64,000 nucleotides of DNA from the human T2T-CHM13v2.0 reference genome, Homo sapiens. The stretch lies in assembly GCF_009914755.1 (NCBI RefSeq), contig NC_060947.1. One strand, 5' to 3'. Position 1 is the first letter of the stretch. Each line of letters begins with the position of its first letter. The position numbers were made by a program, and so were the translations under genes. This document shows positions 59,416-64,000 of this stretch, piece by piece. The notes under the pieces were generated by a model. It was not told the origin of the DNA. It saw only the letters and a program-made list of their open reading frames with translations, and did no database searches.

Positions 59416-60561
59416 TACTCTAGCAAACCTGGGAAGGAAGTCGTGGGGTCTGCAACCTGGGTGTGTGTGGCTCAGGTTGGCCCCAAAGATTGACTGATAG
59501 ATCTCGATTTTCTGGTTCTAACTCTTCCTTAAGAAGCCTTTGCTTTCTGATTTTATCCTTCAATTTAAATGTTTAAATGACTTTTAACAGGCATGAATTC
59601 AAAGTTTTTCAACTTTTGTAGTTGCCACTTATGTGCTCAAGACATTCACATTTTGATAAAATATGAAAGATTACTGGGATATTCTTTACTCAGCTTAGCT
59701 TCTTGGTGGGTTTTCCTCTGCTGAGCTCAGCCAGTGGCCTTGAACTCTGACATGCAATAACAAATCAAGTTTTCATCAAATTCTTCTTAGCCTGTTCAGA
59801 AACAAAAACTCATAAGCAATGCTGCAATAACTTCCTTTGAAATTCTAATTGGCTCCACTTTGATAAAAATGTGATAAGCACTCAAGAAGCCCACTGTGCT
59901 GTTGTATACAACTGGAATATGATTCTCTTCATAGTTTTTTAAAAAAATTTTAAATTATTCTTGCTATAGAGTTAGCAAGTGCCAGTTTGGATGCATGGTC
60001 TTGGTAATTGTGCAGTAATTAAATGCTTGCCTGGGAAAACAATTTTAGAACACTGAATTGCTTTATTGCATTTTAAAAGGCTGAAAGGGGCATTCAATCA
60101 GGTGGAGACAATGTGTTTGTCTTCTAAACAAGACTTATCATAAATTATTCACATGGGCAAAGACTGAATTTGAAAAGGAAGAAACTTGGGGACATAGGGC
60201 AATTATTGCTCCAACAGTCATTGTAGAGTTTAGTAGGCCTCATAAAAGGAGGCCTGTCTCAAAGATTCCAGGCAAGGTTTTGAGGATGAGGAAGAAGTGC
60301 TTCCTTAACTAATCTGATTTTTTTAAACTGAGACTGCTGGGAGATTTTGCTTACTCTCCTGGATGCCCCTGTGGCTCAAACAGCTCTGTAGAAGAAAGAG
60401 TTACCGTCAACTTCTGTTCAATTATATAATTCAGAGGAAAGCATAAAAATATGACTTTGCAAAGTGTGACATGGGTGAGAGAAACATTAGTATAAACACT
60501 GGGCATCAGATGCTTCACAGGGGCTTTTAGCTATATTTATAATTTTGTATTTGCCCTGGAA

Positions 60562-61090
60562 TTCTTTTTATTAAGGAATAATTTACCTACAGTAAAATGC
60601 ATAAATCTTAAGTGTATAGTTTGATGAATTTTTATCTATACACTCATGTAACTACCACGCAAATAGATACAGAACAATTTCATCACCCCAGAACATTTCC
60701 TCATTCTCGTTCCCCAATAACATCCTCTCCCAGAGGTAACTACTATTCTGAATTTTAAGATACAGATTAGTCTCATCTGTTTTTGAAATTCATATAAATA
60801 GATGCACTCTATTTTTTGGTCTGGCTTCTTTCACTTATCATAATATATTTGAGATTCATCCATGTTGTAGTGTGCATCAATAGTTCATTTTTTTTTATTG
60901 CTAGGTAGTATCCAGTTGCATGGATGTACCATAGTTTGCTTATCCAATCTCTAATTGATGAATTTTTCCTCAGTTTTTACTTGCAATGAGTTAAACTGCT
61001 ATGGAACACAGTTTTATACACAGTGTACACAACAGGGCTGTTTGGGTACTTCTTTTAGATATATACCCAAGAGTGGCATTACTGGGTCTG
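60562..61090 (-). mobile_element. L1MC/ME-type 3' fragment
   Basis: tacagtaaaatgcataaatcttaagtgtatagtt...gagattcatccatgttgt. Confidence 0.85.
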
Positions 61091-61627
61091 CCTTTGAAAT
61101 TTACTATAAAGAAAAAGAAAAAAAAAGGATACCAATAGGAAGAGTGCAGAAAAAAATGATTGTCTTTCCAAAATCTGTTCTTAGCAAAGTGAGAAAGAAA
61201 TCTTGTACTACCTGGTGGCATTGTTTCAGCATTTAGACTTGGACTATCTCAAGTTATTGCTTAGCCATGGGGGATTAGAGAAACAGAATTCAGGTTCTTT
61301 CTTGATGAGATACAGGCATTGTATGTCTGAATGGATGGAAGTGTTCAAGAGCCCGTGCAATGGAATGCTTGGTACCTTGGAGAATTGGATTAATTTGAGA
61401 CTTGTCACCTGGAAACAGGACTGTCTGGTTCACCTTGGGATCACCTTTGGCCACGGATAATCAAACTGTTGAGGGGAAAGAGTGGATTACGAAACCTCAG
61501 TGCAGCCAAAGTGCCATGGGGCCACCAGAGGTGACCTAGTTGGTCCCCAGGTGATCACATTTGAGATTTATTCTTTACAGCAACCCTCATAATGGAACAG
61601 GGCTGCAGACCAGCCTAACCACACACA

Positions 61628-61676
61628 GAACAAAGGGCTGACAGACTTGTGAACAAAGGGCTGACAGACTTGTGAA
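61628..61676. repeat. Perfect 23-bp tandem duplication (gaacaaagggctgacagacttgt x2)
   Basis: 61628-61650 is identical to 61651-61673. Confidence 0.97.
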
Positions 61677-61683
61677 GGGGTTA

Positions 61684-61702
61684 TGGCGCCCCCTGGGGGA
61701 CA
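61684..61702 (-). promoter_or_regulatory. CTCF core motif
   Basis: Reverse complement tgtcccccagggggcgcca vs consensus tggccaccagggggcgcta (16/19), with the CpG retained. Confidence 0.65.
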
Positions 61703-62103
61703 CTGAAATGTTCCTCTTGTAGACCTAACTTTCCGGTCTGGGGTCAAGTTCAACTTGTATTGATTGAGTAACCTGTAAGACATCACCACTTCAGTAATCC
61801 TCTTCAAAGGTTTCAGAATAAAGTATTTGCAATTTTATTGGGAGCAACTCAATTCAGGGGAAGCTGAAGAGGAATACATGTGATGTGTAAGTTCTCACAA
61901 GATGGGAGGGGGAATCTTTTCCGGTTTATTTTGTATTGTTTCTGGTAGAAAGGCTCTACATGATTGGGTAATTTCTAATATTTACTTTGTTAATGAAGGT
62001 GATAGGATAAGATGACAACTCCATCTGCAAAGTTCTGCAGGCAAAATGCCTCTCCAAAATGGTTGTGAGCCTTTTGTGTCTTGCTTGCTCAGGGTGTAAA
62101 ATG

Positions 62104-62308
62104 AGCGATTCTCAACCCAAATCAGTACCACTCTCCCAGTGAGCAGTTGGAAGTGTGTGGGAGCATTTTTGATTGTCAGAGTGACTGGGGTACAGGGGGG
62201 TGGTGCACTACTTCCATTTGCTGAGATGGAGGAGGGAGAGAAAACTTCTAGTATGAAGGAGAGTTGTCCTATCCTAAATGCCAATAGGGTCCTTGTTGAG
62301 AAATACTT
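62104..62308. mobile_element. MER20-related hAT-Charlie element
   Basis: gattctcaacc...gattgtcagagtgactgggg...aatgccaatag...gttgagaaatact. Confidence 0.65.
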
Positions 62309-63529
62309 TACCCCCCGTCAGGTGATCTGGAGACAGTTATGTGCAATTCATATTCAGAAGGTTTAACTACACAAACAAAATATGTCAAGCAAGTGAAAGC
62401 AGATTTAAGGAGCGTATTCAGAAAGAAGTGTAGTTAAGCCTGTTTTTGGACATTTAGAGAGCATGATCACTTTGCCCAAAACCGAAAAGGAGCACTGGCC
62501 TTAAGTGGAATACGGAGGTGGAGGAATTTGTTTTCCAGGCTCCCCAGCATTTCTTTCTTCATCCTCTTCCAAACAATCACTGATCCTGCTCCCCTTCTCC
62601 CTTGCTTCTTGGGATGACGAAGCAGCTGACAAATCCATTAAGTCGTGAGAATTTTCTCTTACTCCTCCCAGCAGGATATCAGGAAGAGAAGACTCTCAAA
62701 TGTTGAAATTTCAAATGTGGGCGAGGAAGGTAGGTGTCTTTTGGCTGTGGGATCTTTCTAGAACTTCTTAAATTATTCCTGGGCAAGTAATAACTCATTT
62801 TCTTGTTGGGCTGGCTTTAGATGTGGAAACCAAAGTGTTAGCGTTTGCTGTAACCATGGCAAGGAGAGGGAAGAAGGATTGGATACCTTTGTAAATTTAT
62901 CGGCAAATGAATGAGCTGAACAAGAATCCTTTGGAGTATATAGTTTGGAATGTGCTGTGTGTGACATTGCTTTGTAAACTTTAAAGTACTATGCAATTTT
63001 GATGTATTTTCATCATGCCAACACTTCCTTGAATTTCTCAAAACACTAAACTCAGAATCTTACACAAAATATCCGTTCAGTAAATGTGTCCCAAATGAAA
63101 CAAATATTAGGTATAAGGAGCGGCAGTGGAGGTTATGGAACAGGGTCTCATGTTGCCATATCTATCAAGGGCTAACATGCCTCTACTTGGATGGGGCTAT
63201 TCACTGATAAGGAAATCTTGCTACAGTATTCTTTTTGCTTCCATTAAACATTTCATGGGAGGGAATTCTCACTATTCCTTTGTGAACAAGATTGATGATA
63301 GATCTCCCTCAGGCTTCTGAATAACATGAAATTATTCTGTATCTGTTTAATGTACAAAGGGAGGACCAGGGGGGACTACCCATAGTGTCATCATTATCCA
63401 TGAGAATCCAATTATAGGAGCCCCTGGGATTGTTGAACTCAAGATTGCAGGATCCAAATGTTAGGGATATCCTGGTCACTTCCTTCCTCACTTGGGAGAG
63501 AATTAGAAATGACAAGATCTTAAACATCT

Positions 63530-64000
63530 TCCTACATTTATTGAGCAACCATTGTGCCAGCCACTATACTATGCACCAGGGACATGAAAGTGAGTATGAC
63601 ACAGTCACTGCCTTCATGGTGCTCACAGTCTGGGGAGGGTGCTGGCCAGGGAGTCTCAAACTTGGTTGGAGATTATAGTCTCCCTTAAAAATTCCCATAC
63701 CCAAGTCACACTCCCAGTTCAATAAAATCAGAATCTCTGGGGGTAGAACCCAGACTTCAATATTTTTTAGCGCTCCCCAGGTGGTTACAAAGTGCAGTCA
63801 AGGTTGAGAAACATCGAGAAAGGAACAAATCTGTATTGGGAAATTTTAGATTAAAACATGACAAGTGCTTGGTGGAGATAAAAACAAAGTGCAGCTGGAG
63901 GAGCACAGAGAAGAAACTATTGCACCCAAGAAAAGCTCTCCGTGTATGTCATCAAGAGAATTAGAAGAGCACTAGAAAGTGGTGAATTCTGGACGTAAGA
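63530..64000 (-). mobile_element. L2 interrupted by MER5A (about 63645-63815)
   Basis: catttattgagcaaccattgtgccag; aatcagaatctctggggg...aggttgagaaaca. Confidence 0.75.

Noticed and set aside
61628-61676. Short direct repeats as CRISPR-like arrays (also 25521-25589, 46267-46300 and 46885-46925)
   Set aside because: Two copies each, no repeat-spacer array, no cas genes, and a eukaryotic context.

Overview
This is simian-primate, most likely human or great-ape, non-coding genomic DNA (intergenic or deep intronic). It carries about 15 Alu copies or fragments, L1PA/L1M LINEs, L2, L3/CR1, MIRs, MaLR and other solo LTRs, and many DNA-transposon fossils. I found no host protein-coding gene, RNA gene or CRISPR array. 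The longer ORFs derive from Alu, L1 or microsatellites, and the 286-aa ORF is the ORF2 C-terminus of a young 5'-truncated L1. The main signals not explained by standard repeats are: (1) a non-TE-looking 100-bp inverted repeat (88/100 identical, G-U biased on the + strand) just downstream of a CpG-retaining ETS-motif island at about 31.8-32.8 kb; (2) two apparent locally templated copies (an L1 patch inside MER2, and a duplicated MIR); (3) a 5.5-kb fossil hAT-Blackjack-type transposon whose transposase can be re-assembled across several nested insertions; (4) a near-consensus CTCF motif next to a perfect 23-bp tandem duplication; (5) a chimeric trimeric Alu and a short L1 3' transduction. Subfamily names come from remembered consensus motifs, not a database search, and boundaries of old repeats are approximate.
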